Virus record (IMG/VR): IMGVR_UViG_3300032050_000002
Reading direction: 5' to 3' (one strand)
Origin: a virus
Taxonomy: Duplodnaviria; Caudoviricetes
DNA: 64,000 nucleotides
The translations under genes and the position numbers were made by a program. Under the pieces are notes generated by a model. It saw only the letters and a program-made list of their open reading frames with translations, was not told the DNA's origin and made no database searches. The number at the start of each line of letters is the position of its first letter. The first letter of the stretch is position 1. Shown here one piece after another: positions 37,762 through 46,984 of the stretch.

Positions 37762-38187
37762 TTAATGTAATTTAATTTCAAATCTATCTTTCATCTGTTC
37801 GATTTTATCATCAGGAACTCCGTGAACATTCTCTCCATTATGTCTATTTTCAACAATGATAGTAAACACTTTATAACCATATTTTTTCGACAGTTCAAAA
37901 TAATGTGTCATTTCCCACTCCATAGTAAAAGTGTTAGAAACTACAATCTCACGATACCATTGGTCGTTAACCATACTATCTTTCATATAAGTCTCAACTA
38001 AATCCTGACAATACTTATGAGCATCTTTTATCTTAGACCCATCGAACTTATATTCACCTGTTTCTTTATCAATAAAATATTTGTCCGCCTCACACACCAA
38101 AAAATCTGAATTAACCAATTTTTTAGCGAATGTTGATTTACCACTACCAGGTAATCCACGAACTATGTATAAAACTTTTTCATCCAT
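37762..38187 (-). CDS. P-loop kinase (AAA_33 / N4BP2-like, polynucleotide-kinase-like)
   Basis: IVRGLPGSGKST, EADKYF, VVSNTF, HGVP motifs. Confidence 0.8.
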   Translation of the reverse strand: MDEKVLYIVRGLPGSGKSTFAKKLVNSDFLVCEADKYFIDKETGEYKFDGSKIKDAHKYCQDLVETYMKDSMVNDQWYREIVVSNTFTMEWEMTHYFELSKKYGYKVFTIIVENRHNGENVHGVPDDKIEQMKDRFEIKLH

Positions 38188-38227
38188 AATACAATTATAA
38201 GGATATTTATTTGGAAAGACAAATATT

Positions 38228-38809
38228 ATGGAATCAACACCAATGAAATTAGTTAAAAATACAAAGGTATCTGATGAGTTAATGTATCATATTGTTAATG
38301 AAATACCTTTATCTGAAAATATATTTAGAGTTTACTCCGATAAATTTTTTGACCTTATAAATGAAGTTAGAAACTTATATAATAAAAACTTAATTAGTTT
38401 AGGTGAAGATGATATATGGATAATGGAGTCTGATTTAGGTAAAAAAGTGTTACTTGAAAATGGTGAAGAGGTTTGGCTTGACGCTCCAATGTATGAAGAA
38501 GATTTAGAAGAAGTTTTAAATGAGGCAAAACATAGAGGTAAAAATGTAAAATTAGGTAGTCCATTTAGAACGCCAGGAGGACCTAAAAAGTTTGCCGTAT
38601 ATGTTAAAACACCAAAAGGAACTGTTAAAAAAGTTACATTTGGAGACCCTAATTTAAGAATTAAAAATGCTAGTAAGGGTAGAGCAAAATCATTTAGGGC
38701 AAGACACAAATGCGACCAAAAGAAAGATAGGACTACCGCAGGATATTGGAGTTGTAATGTATCAAGATATCGTAAAAAATTGGGGTTAAAGTCTTCAAGG
38801 AGTTGGTAA
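38228..38809 (+). CDS. Conserved-looking phage protein with basic C-terminal domain
   Basis: KKFAVYVK...KKVTFGD...SFRARHKC...AGYWSC, a motif I associate with T4-like phages. Confidence 0.65.
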   Translation: MESTPMKLVKNTKVSDELMYHIVNEIPLSENIFRVYSDKFFDLINEVRNLYNKNLISLGEDDIWIMESDLGKKVLLENGEEVWLDAPMYEEDLEEVLNEAKHRGKNVKLGSPFRTPGGPKKFAVYVKTPKGTVKKVTFGDPNLRIKNASKGRAKSFRARHKCDQKKDRTTAGYWSCNVSRYRKKLGLKSSRSW

Positions 38810-38810
38810 T

Positions 38811-39392
38811 ATGAAAAAAGAAAAATTAATTAATTTTATTAACTATTATTTTAAAGAATTCGGTAATCAACAAATTATCGATGAATACTCTATTGACCAC
38901 GATATTGATATATATGTTCACGACATTAGAAAAGGTAATGACGGTAAATTTTGGATTTTTATTGATAGTGAACCAATAAGATTAGAACATTCTATTGAAG
39001 ATGATGACGGCGAGACTGTTTCTTTTAGTGATGTTGTTTGGGAAGAGTTAAAAACTTGTTTATCCCATCTTGGACTTGACATTTGGAATTTTAGATATTT
39101 TTTTAATAAGAGAACTCTTATGCCTAATGTACCATTCGACCAAATTAGTATTTCTGAAAATACTAAAGTTAGAGTTTTTAAAGAGTCTGTTGAAAGTGAT
39201 GAATTGAAATGGCATAGAGATAGAGAAAATAGAATAGTTGAGGTAATTGAAAGTAATAATTGGTTCTTACAAATGGATAACGAATTACCAAAAAAATTAC
39301 TTAAAGGTAAAAAATATCACATACCTGAAGGCGTTTTCCACAGAGTAATTAAAGGTAAAGGTGACCTAAAAATAAAAGTCACCCTTAAATAA
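38811..39392 (+). CDS. Protein with C-terminal cupin-like domain
   Basis: ELKWHRDRENR...IPEGVFHRVIKG. Confidence 0.55.
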   Translation: MKKEKLINFINYYFKEFGNQQIIDEYSIDHDIDIYVHDIRKGNDGKFWIFIDSEPIRLEHSIEDDDGETVSFSDVVWEELKTCLSHLGLDIWNFRYFFNKRTLMPNVPFDQISISENTKVRVFKESVESDELKWHRDRENRIVEVIESNNWFLQMDNELPKKLLKGKKYHIPEGVFHRVIKGKGDLKIKVTLK

Positions 39393-39396
39393 CCCC

Positions 39397-40428
39397 CTAT
39401 TTATTAAAACGATTAAGAGCGTTTTGAGTAATAAAAACATACTCAGAACCCTTAAATTCTTCAAGTGTATTAGAGTTGGTGTAAGACATCGCCGACCTTA
39501 AATAGTCCTCTAAATTCTCAACCCACCCACTTAAAGTGTATTCCACTTTATTTGTTTTACTTATCCCTTCAGATGTTTTTAGTTCTGTTTTACCCCACTT
39601 ATCTTGAACTTCTTTGGTACTCATACCTCTAAAACCCTTATACAAATATTTCTTTAGTAATGGCATTTCTTCCCAAATTATCTTAGAATATGTTTGATTA
39701 ATTGGTATTAGATTAAATAACATTGTTGTAGAACAAGATTCTAAAGTTTTATTTAATACTCCACCCAACATAACATAATCAGCACCTAAAGCCAATGCTT
39801 TTATAATATCATCATAATTTCTAAAACCACCGTCAGCAATTATTTTTGTTTTATAACCACCATATTCTTTAATTCTGTAACATTCTGAGATTAGAGATGC
39901 CATTGGATAATGAACGCCTGTATTTGCCGAAGTTAAACATCCGCTACCACCACCAATACCGACTCTAACATAATCAACTCCAATTTCGCAAAACTTTTCA
40001 AATGTGTTAGGGTTTGCAATATTACCAACCATTATCTGATGTTTATCAGATTTTCTAATTTTAGTAAATCTCTCGGATAATTCGTGTAATTTTTTCATAT
40101 GACCATTTGCAATATCAACCAAAAATCTTGTTGTCTCAGATTCAATACTACCATCTTCATACCAATTAACAACCTCTTCAAAATCTGATAATGATATTGA
40201 ATTAAATGGTTCACTTCTTTCTGAAAATACGCCTCTCGGTAAACAGACCTCTAATGCTTGGTCTAAAAATAAACTACAATTTTCTTCATCAACAACGGTA
40301 TCCATTGGTGAAACCATAATTGGTAAATTACCATTTTCATTATAAGGATTAATTTCTTTTCTTGAATTAACCGAACTAATTGCTTCAGGAACTAATGTAA
40401 TGTCCTTAAAATCAAACTTTTTATTCAT
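39397..40428 (-). CDS. IMP dehydrogenase / GMP reductase family protein
   Basis: DIANGH, RVGIGGGSGCLT (catalytic Cys), IIADGG, GADYVMLG, LRSAMSY; no CBS domain. Confidence 0.85.
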   Translation of the reverse strand: MNKKFDFKDITLVPEAISSVNSRKEINPYNENGNLPIMVSPMDTVVDEENCSLFLDQALEVCLPRGVFSERSEPFNSISLSDFEEVVNWYEDGSIESETTRFLVDIANGHMKKLHELSERFTKIRKSDKHQIMVGNIANPNTFEKFCEIGVDYVRVGIGGGSGCLTSANTGVHYPMASLISECYRIKEYGGYKTKIIADGGFRNYDDIIKALALGADYVMLGGVLNKTLESCSTTMLFNLIPINQTYSKIIWEEMPLLKKYLYKGFRGMSTKEVQDKWGKTELKTSEGISKTNKVEYTLSGWVENLEDYLRSAMSYTNSNTLEEFKGSEYVFITQNALNRFNK

Positions 40429-40507
40429 AATTAACTAATTGATAATCAATTATAATAAATTTTTTTGTAATAACCAAAATTTAATAAAAAATTCGTATCT
40501 TTGTATT

Positions 40508-41065
40508 ATGAAAAGAGGTAGACTATTAATAAGAACAATAATAAGAGATATTGTTAATATTGTTAAAAATAAAAAAACGGGTTTAATTTATCTACCTGAA
40601 GATAATGATTTTTATTCTGTTGGCAGATTCCCTGTTCAAGTTGGAGTTGAGGTGACGTTAAAACATAACCTAAATTCAGACAATTTTATTGTTAACGCTT
40701 ATTATTCTACCGAAGATGATGTAGTTGAGGTATTAGTTATGTTTAACCCAAATACATTAGAAAAAAATATGTATGACTTAATTGGTGAGTTAAATGAAGT
40801 TGTTACGCACGAATTACAACACTCAATACAAAACTATAACGGTGAATTGGATGATAGAGATAATGAAGATTTACCACCATTGGAATATTATCTTTTACCT
40901 GAAGAACTTGATGCTCAATCAAAAGGTTTTAAAAGATTATCAAAATTAACAAAAACACCTGCCGAGATATTGATTAAAAAATGGTTTGTAAAACATTTAG
41001 ATATACACAATTTAACTGATGAAGAACAGAAAATTGTAACCGATTCTATATTGGAAAATATGTAA
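40508..41065 (+). CDS. Hypothetical protein with HExxH (THELQH)
   Basis: Start moved to ATG 40508 after TATCTTTG at 40496. Confidence 0.65.
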   Translation: MKRGRLLIRTIIRDIVNIVKNKKTGLIYLPEDNDFYSVGRFPVQVGVEVTLKHNLNSDNFIVNAYYSTEDDVVEVLVMFNPNTLEKNMYDLIGELNEVVTHELQHSIQNYNGELDDRDNEDLPPLEYYLLPEELDAQSKGFKRLSKLTKTPAEILIKKWFVKHLDIHNLTDEEQKIVTDSILENM

Positions 41066-41698
41066 TTATTTTCCTTTAAATCTTCTAACTACCTTAGTTA
41101 TTAATTCTTTTAATACGATACCTGATACAGTTAATACTCCAAATCCTGTTAATCTTGTTACCAATTCTTTTATATCTTTGGAATCTGCACCAGTTTTTGC
41201 CATATCATATAACATAGGTAGTAATGGTAAAATAAATGTGTAACTTAGAATGTTAGTTACTTTGTGTAATGTAATACCTAAACTACCAATAAACTCGACA
41301 AATACTTTTTTAAGTTCTCTACTTTTTCTTAGATATTTTTTAAAAGACTCAGTTAATCCTTTTTCTTTTATTATTGTGGTAATTTTATTTACCAAAGATT
41401 TGTTATCAATATAATAAGAGGCAATAATCCCTGTTAATATTAAACTAATATCTAAATCTGAAAATTCTGGGTTTTGATTAGCAATAAAGTCATTTAAAGG
41501 ACCTACAAATCCCCCAATACTTGCTCCCCAAGTGAGTAAAAATTCTAAATTTAAACCTATTTGAGATGATGATTTACTTATAATATCTTTAACTAAATCA
41601 TAGTTTCTTTTGATAACCTCAGAGAAATTACCTCCACCACCACCTTCATTTATAAGTCTTCTTTTTTGACTTTCAGTTATAATAATTGTAATTGCCAT
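41066..41698 (-). CDS. Membrane-associated hypothetical protein (IIITESQ...LINEG motif)
   Basis: Start moved to ATG 41698; several hydrophobic segments. Confidence 0.7.
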   Translation of the reverse strand: MAITIIITESQKRRLINEGGGGGNFSEVIKRNYDLVKDIISKSSSQIGLNLEFLLTWGASIGGFVGPLNDFIANQNPEFSDLDISLILTGIIASYYIDNKSLVNKITTIIKEKGLTESFKKYLRKSRELKKVFVEFIGSLGITLHKVTNILSYTFILPLLPMLYDMAKTGADSKDIKELVTRLTGFGVLTVSGIVLKELITKVVRRFKGK

Positions 41699-41744
41699 AC
41701 GATATATAAATACTTTGAATATATTTATTATTAAAAATAAATTT

Positions 41745-42044
41745 ATGGAAAGAAATCCGAGTTTAAAAGAAGGAGATAGAGTTGTCCTAATACATATGGA
41801 TGGTGAATCACTACCTCCATTCACAAGAGGAGTTGTTGGAGATAATGGTCAAAGAGTTCAAGGAATTGTACAATATAAAATGGAATGGGAAGATGTTGAA
41901 AGCGGTAGAAACTATTCTTTAATAAGTAATGTGGATAAATGGGTATTAGAATCCGATTTTGAAGAAGACCTTAGAAATAGAAGAAAAAAAAGATTAGGAG
42001 AAACTTCCTATAAACGTAATATTTATAGAAAAACAAAATTATGA
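41745..42044 (+). CDS. Small SH3-like (DUF4314-like) protein
   Basis: LKEGDRVVLIHMD...GVV...W...L....DKW; start moved to ATG 41745. Confidence 0.5.
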   Translation: MERNPSLKEGDRVVLIHMDGESLPPFTRGVVGDNGQRVQGIVQYKMEWEDVESGRNYSLISNVDKWVLESDFEEDLRNRRKKRLGETSYKRNIYRKTKL

Positions 42045-42511
42045 ACGCATACTTTTTTAAAATGACAAATGAGGAAAGAAAAAACATCCTAGACCAACAT
42101 AAAGACCTTTATGATGGTTATGTAACAAGATATAATCAATCAAATGAACAACCTTTATATGTTCAAGACTTTGCAAATGATAAAGCGGGAATCACCGTTA
42201 ATAATAAAGGTGAGGTTGGTGAATATCGTAATATGAGAATAAATGAAGATGCTCATATTAGTTCCGAATTAACTCCATCTCAAAATATCGAGACTAGTGT
42301 CCCATTAGAAGATGATGAATTCACAGGACTTGACACCATAGGAGACGGCGATTATGATTTAGAACACGGAACATTTGGTCATGAAGACAAATCTACTGAG
42401 TTTGAATTAAAATTAGATGATTTAGAAAATTTAGATGAAGAAGAAATTTCATCTTTAACAGAGAGTGTAAATAAAAGTTTAGATATGTTTAAACGTTTTA
42501 AAAACTATTAA
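42041..42511 (+). CDS. Conserved-looking acidic phage protein (TNEERKNILDQH motif)
   Basis: 156-aa ORF. Confidence 0.75.
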   Translation: MNAYFFKMTNEERKNILDQHKDLYDGYVTRYNQSNEQPLYVQDFANDKAGITVNNKGEVGEYRNMRINEDAHISSELTPSQNIETSVPLEDDEFTGLDTIGDGDYDLEHGTFGHEDKSTEFELKLDDLENLDEEEISSLTESVNKSLDMFKRFKNY

Positions 42512-42547
42512 TTTAGTTTATTAAAAAGTTATTTAATATTTTAAATT

Positions 42548-42856
42548 ATGGAAGTTAAAGAATTAGTATCTTTTTATGTTGATGAAACTTCAAATATATT
42601 GGAGGTAACATTTAGAACAATTGATGATAGTGAAGATGAAATAAGACAAGACACTATTGAAATTGAAAATTTGGAAGAATTTGAAACAGGGTTTTTATTT
42701 GAAAAAGTAAGAATAAATGAAGACCTTGATGATGAATTTGATTACGATATGTATGATGATTTAGATAATGGGATAGGATTTGATGAAGTAATTTCATTTT
42801 TAAATGAGTATTATTTAGTTTATCCTAATAGATTACCAAAACCAGAGTTATTTTAA
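42548..42856 (+). CDS. Acidic hypothetical protein
   Basis: 102-aa ORF. Confidence 0.7.
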   Translation: MEVKELVSFYVDETSNILEVTFRTIDDSEDEIRQDTIEIENLEEFETGFLFEKVRINEDLDDEFDYDMYDDLDNGIGFDEVISFLNEYYLVYPNRLPKPELF

Positions 42857-42857
42857 T

Positions 42858-43115
42858 ATGGAAAGTGATATTAACTATTTAATAAATTTAATGAAAAAAT
42901 ATACGACAACCGAAAGTAAAGGTGAGGTTGGTGAACAAGATGCTCCTGCGGGAGGTGGAGGAGCGGCAGCTGGAGGTGGAGGAACTGCAGCAGAATATCC
43001 TACAGTAACAAAATGGGAAAGCGGGGTTACAAGAGGCCCCGCAAATCAAATAGGTTTGACAAAATGGAGAGATACTGTAAAAATAAATCGAGGAAAGGCG
43101 AATACTTTACTATAA
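42858..43115 (+). CDS. Small hypothetical protein with WESGVTRGPANQI and RGKAN repeats
   Basis: 85-aa ORF. Confidence 0.7.
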   Translation: MESDINYLINLMKKYTTTESKGEVGEQDAPAGGGGAAAGGGGTAAEYPTVTKWESGVTRGPANQIGLTKWRDTVKINRGKANTLL

Positions 43116-43148
43116 CTAGAATATTTATAAAATAAAAATAAAAATAAA

Positions 43149-44048
43149 ATGGGAAAATATAGTTTAAACGAAGGAAATGATGAGTTAATAAGAAGTATAT
43201 TATTAATGAATTATGATACAAAAAAAACATTATCTGAAAATGAACAGAAATTAAAAAATAAAAAATCAATCAATGAAATTGCACCACTTGTAATTCCGGC
43301 GATAACCATAGCAGCACCTTGGCTTTGGGCAGGTGGAGCGGCAGTAGTTGCTGGTGTTGGTGCTTGGATAAATGGTGTTTGGGGTGGGGGAGACTCATTT
43401 GCAAAAACTAAGTCGTTTTTTGAAGGGTGTAATACTGAAATTTATAAAAATTTAAAACCAACATTAGGTAAACAAGAACATAGAGTAGCGGCAGAACAAA
43501 TTTATAACGCTATTGAAGGTGTTGGTACTGATAGACCATCAATAAAATCTGCATTAGTCGGTATGTCAACAGTTTCTGACTTGTGTGCGATGTATAAGTA
43601 TTACCAACAAACTTTTGGAGATTTATTTGATGATTTAGATTCTGATATAGACGGAGAAGATTTCAAAAAATATGTTTGGACAGGAATTGCTCCCCAAATA
43701 GAAGATGCTAAAGAAGACTTAGAAAAGGCAAAATCTGAAGAAACAAATCCTGAGACTAATACCGCCAAAACCGAAAATAATATTGTTAAAAACAAATGCC
43801 CTATTGGTAATGGAACAAGAAAAGAAGTTATTGATTTCCAAACTTATGTTGTTAATACAATTAAAGATACCACAATCTTAGGAAGATATGGAGCAAATGA
43901 AGACGGAATTGATGGAGTTTGTGGTCCTAACACAAGAAGAGCTTGGGAAAAATATAAATCTGATTATGAAAATAATTCCAAAGCCCCTGCGGCTGACGAA
44001 GATGAAGACTCAATTGTTGATGATAATATGAGTGATATTGACAATTAA
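43149..44048 (+). CDS. Putative virion protein: targeting motif, hydrophobic hairpin, annexin-like repeat, PG-binding-like domain
   Basis: AEQIYNAIEGVGTD (annexin-like GxGTD); IDFQ...GIDGVCGPNTRRAW. Confidence 0.6.
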   Translation: MGKYSLNEGNDELIRSILLMNYDTKKTLSENEQKLKNKKSINEIAPLVIPAITIAAPWLWAGGAAVVAGVGAWINGVWGGGDSFAKTKSFFEGCNTEIYKNLKPTLGKQEHRVAAEQIYNAIEGVGTDRPSIKSALVGMSTVSDLCAMYKYYQQTFGDLFDDLDSDIDGEDFKKYVWTGIAPQIEDAKEDLEKAKSEETNPETNTAKTENNIVKNKCPIGNGTRKEVIDFQTYVVNTIKDTTILGRYGANEDGIDGVCGPNTRRAWEKYKSDYENNSKAPAADEDEDSIVDDNMSDIDN

Positions 44049-44067
44049 TTATTAAAAATTAAATAAA

Positions 44068-45627
44068 ATGAAATTAAACGAGCAAGTTTCTACCCAAACA
44101 GATATAGATTTATTAAAACAGGCGGTTAGTAATAAATGTATGCCAACATGGTTAACTGATGGAAAAATTGGTAAAACCAAAAGTGGTAAAACAGTTTGGT
44201 ATGGTAAGAGTAGTAAAGGAAGTACTGTAATATTTTTCCCTCCTAAAGATGGTGTTTTAACTGCCAAAAATTTAAAAACAAAAAAAATATCAACTAAAAA
44301 ATGTGTTTTACCATCAGTAGACTCAACCGCAAATCCGGCGGAAACTCAACAAAAATTAACCGACTATCAACAAAAAAGTTTAGATAATTTAATTAAAAAT
44401 AGTAAAACATCTACAGGAGAACCTTTATATCAAATGGAAAAACCAACATTAGATATAATAAATAATTTTGAAGAGGTTAAAGTTAACACATTACCTGGTT
44501 TTGAAAAGGATAATATTCCTGAGAATATTGTTGTTTGGAAAAGAAAAGATGTTGTTAACGCTCAATCAATAGAGTCTGCGGATACCAATGAAATTATTAG
44601 AAAATTAAATCGTTATGTAAAACAAAAAAATTATAATGATAGAGCTTTTTGTGCTAACTTTATAGGTGATTATAATGAACTAAGAAAATTAAATACTAAA
44701 GTAACTGAAAAGGAACTTTTTAGTTGGAAAGATGGTATTAAAGCTTGTAATAGTAGATTTAAATTTTATTTCACGATGGGAATGACTAAAAATCAGTTAG
44801 AGAAAATTTCTAATGATAAGGGTTCTTTTGGAATACCTGATTTATTAGGTAATAAATCTGACGATGAAAATTCAGACGAAACAAATACTGAAAATTCAAC
44901 AAGAAAAGCAATGACCGAGTCCCAACAATTATTAAAAAATATTGTAAAAGAAAATTTAGAAAAAACCGCTATTAGCAAAAGAAAAAAAATAATTTCAGAA
45001 GAAAAAATTATAAATCAAAGATTTATGGTTATTGCTGAAAACGCTAAATTCAATACTAAAAAACAAAAAGAACAATTTTTCAAAAATTTATTATCAGAAA
45101 TTAATGATTTAAATAATCAAAATTATAGTAAAGAATTAATCAATGAAGGTTTTTGGGATATGTTAAAAAGTATTTTTGGATATGGGGCGGACTCAATTAT
45201 ACCATCATTTAAAGAATTTTTAGTAAAATTAATAGTTAAAAAATTAACCCCTATTGACCCTGATGGATGGTTTGGACAATTTATCAGTACTTCTATTGGT
45301 AATCTTAACATATCAGACATTAGTAAATTAACGGATTGTAAATTTTTGTCTAAGTTTTTAACTAAGAGTGTTGTAGAAACTGTTTTAGCCAAAATGCAAC
45401 CTAAAGTCGAAAACGCTGATGCCATTATTACTATAATTAGAAATGGTGTGATGGACGCTATTGATGATACGCAGTTGGCTCAAAATATTGAGAACGGAAT
45501 TGCTAGTTTTATTTGTCCGTCACTTAAAAACGTTAATACCAAAATGTCAAATTTAGTTGATAAAACAAAAGAAACTTTAATGAGCGGAACACAAAGCGCT
45601 CTACAACCTATCCAATCAAAAACATAA
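44068..45627 (+). CDS. Large hypothetical protein with several internal (I/L/M)xE motifs
   Basis: 519-aa ORF; MTESQ, IISEE, LINEG. Confidence 0.75.
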   Translation: MKLNEQVSTQTDIDLLKQAVSNKCMPTWLTDGKIGKTKSGKTVWYGKSSKGSTVIFFPPKDGVLTAKNLKTKKISTKKCVLPSVDSTANPAETQQKLTDYQQKSLDNLIKNSKTSTGEPLYQMEKPTLDIINNFEEVKVNTLPGFEKDNIPENIVVWKRKDVVNAQSIESADTNEIIRKLNRYVKQKNYNDRAFCANFIGDYNELRKLNTKVTEKELFSWKDGIKACNSRFKFYFTMGMTKNQLEKISNDKGSFGIPDLLGNKSDDENSDETNTENSTRKAMTESQQLLKNIVKENLEKTAISKRKKIISEEKIINQRFMVIAENAKFNTKKQKEQFFKNLLSEINDLNNQNYSKELINEGFWDMLKSIFGYGADSIIPSFKEFLVKLIVKKLTPIDPDGWFGQFISTSIGNLNISDISKLTDCKFLSKFLTKSVVETVLAKMQPKVENADAIITIIRNGVMDAIDDTQLAQNIENGIASFICPSLKNVNTKMSNLVDKTKETLMSGTQSALQPIQSKT

Positions 45628-45630
45628 ATA

Positions 45631-45675
45631 TAGATTGGAATAAACCGTTAAAAAGAAAGGGGGGGTTTAAATCTA
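45631..45675 (+). ncRNA. Candidate hairpin displaying a sequence complementary to the 16S 3' end
   Basis: AGAAAGGGGGGGTTT (45654-45668) inside TAGATT/AATCTA and AAACC/GGTTT stems; no downstream start codon. Confidence 0.35.
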
Positions 45676-45677
45676 CT

Positions 45678-45703
45678 AAAAGGGTGTCGAGAGACACCTT
45701 TTT
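45678..45703. terminator. Bidirectional intrinsic terminator
   Basis: AAAAGGGTGTC-GAGA-GACACCTTTTT. Confidence 0.75.
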
Positions 45704-45727
45704 GGTTTTTATAATATATCTATAAAA

Positions 45728-46339
45728 TTATATATTTAAACCCCAAACAGACCTAGTGCCTTTAGTTTTTAACTCAATATAGTCAGTAATTTTAAAATCT
45801 GTCAATTCATTAAGACATTTTTTGTTATAAACGTCTATCATAGATTTAATACATGGTGAACCATGTTTAATAAAAGGATGGAAATCAAGATATCTTTTTT
45901 TGGATATTAACATACAGTAAGGATGTATGTACTCATAAATAAACGAATTTTTATCTCTATCAGGTTTTTGATTAAATTCATGTCCAGTACTATCCATAAT
46001 AATTTTTTTACCCACAGAATACCCCTTAAAAACTTTAAACATTTCGTAAACTAACGGTTTTTTTAAAGTAACATCACTATCAATAATCAATAAATAATTA
46101 AATTGTGATGTTCTAATCCCATAATCCATACCAGGTCCATGATGAATATTATAACCAAATCTTTTTACGTTAAAATTAGTATCACTTTCTTCCAAATCTT
46201 TAAAATAAATTTCCCCATTATCACTACCATCTATAACAGTATATTTTGTATTAGGATAAAATTCTCTAACGGTGGAGTATTGTTTATAAATTAACTCCGG
46301 TGTTTTATAATGAACGGTTAAAATTTCAAAATCTTCCAT
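45728..46339 (-). CDS. Glycosyltransferase family 2-like protein
   Basis: VIDGSD, HGPGMD, IIDSD (DxD). Confidence 0.65.
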   Translation of the reverse strand: MEDFEILTVHYKTPELIYKQYSTVREFYPNTKYTVIDGSDNGEIYFKDLEESDTNFNVKRFGYNIHHGPGMDYGIRTSQFNYLLIIDSDVTLKKPLVYEMFKVFKGYSVGKKIIMDSTGHEFNQKPDRDKNSFIYEYIHPYCMLISKKRYLDFHPFIKHGSPCIKSMIDVYNKKCLNELTDFKITDYIELKTKGTRSVWGLNI

Positions 46340-46923
46340 TAGTTGTGTACAAATAATACTTTATCAATTTTATAAATTGATGGTCTAGTTTTTAAAATTT
46401 CTTCAAAATAAAACCAATCGGCGGCAAATTCAGTAGAATTAAAACCAATATTTTTTGCAACTTTTGTTTTAATTACCGCAGAACCAATATCAATCCATCC
46501 TCTATTTAGTTTCGCATCTAAAAAACCATAATCCGTTTTATTATTGTTATTGATTGTTTTATGAGAATGTACACAATTAAAATAAATAAAATCTTCATTT
46601 CTTGAAAGAACTTCATTTACCATATTTGGGGTATAATAATTATCCCCATTAGTTATTAAAACATATTCGTTATTTACCAAATTCTCTAATCCCCACCCTC
46701 TTAAAATATGACCATATTTTTGAGTTCTATTAGGGTACTCAATAAAAACAATTTTTTCATCTATTAAATAATTATTTTTAGTTAAATCATTTTTTAGCTT
46801 TTCATTAAGTCCGTCATGTATTATAAAAAGTCTCCATCTATTATCTGTTTGAGATTTAATAGAATTAATGAAACATTTTAAATTTTCATCTTGACCGTAG
46901 GTTACAGTAATAATATCTATCAT
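46339..46923 (-). CDS. Glycosyltransferase family 2 protein
   Basis: IIHDG, YVLITNGDNYY, ADWFY. Confidence 0.75.
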   Translation of the reverse strand: MIDIITVTYGQDENLKCFINSIKSQTDNRWRLFIIHDGLNEKLKNDLTKNNYLIDEKIVFIEYPNRTQKYGHILRGWGLENLVNNEYVLITNGDNYYTPNMVNEVLSRNEDFIYFNCVHSHKTINNNNKTDYGFLDAKLNRGWIDIGSAVIKTKVAKNIGFNSTEFAADWFYFEEILKTRPSIYKIDKVLFVHN

Positions 46924-46984
46924 TATTTTTTTATTTATTATAACAATAATAACATCTATATTATATATATAAATAAAGTATCTT

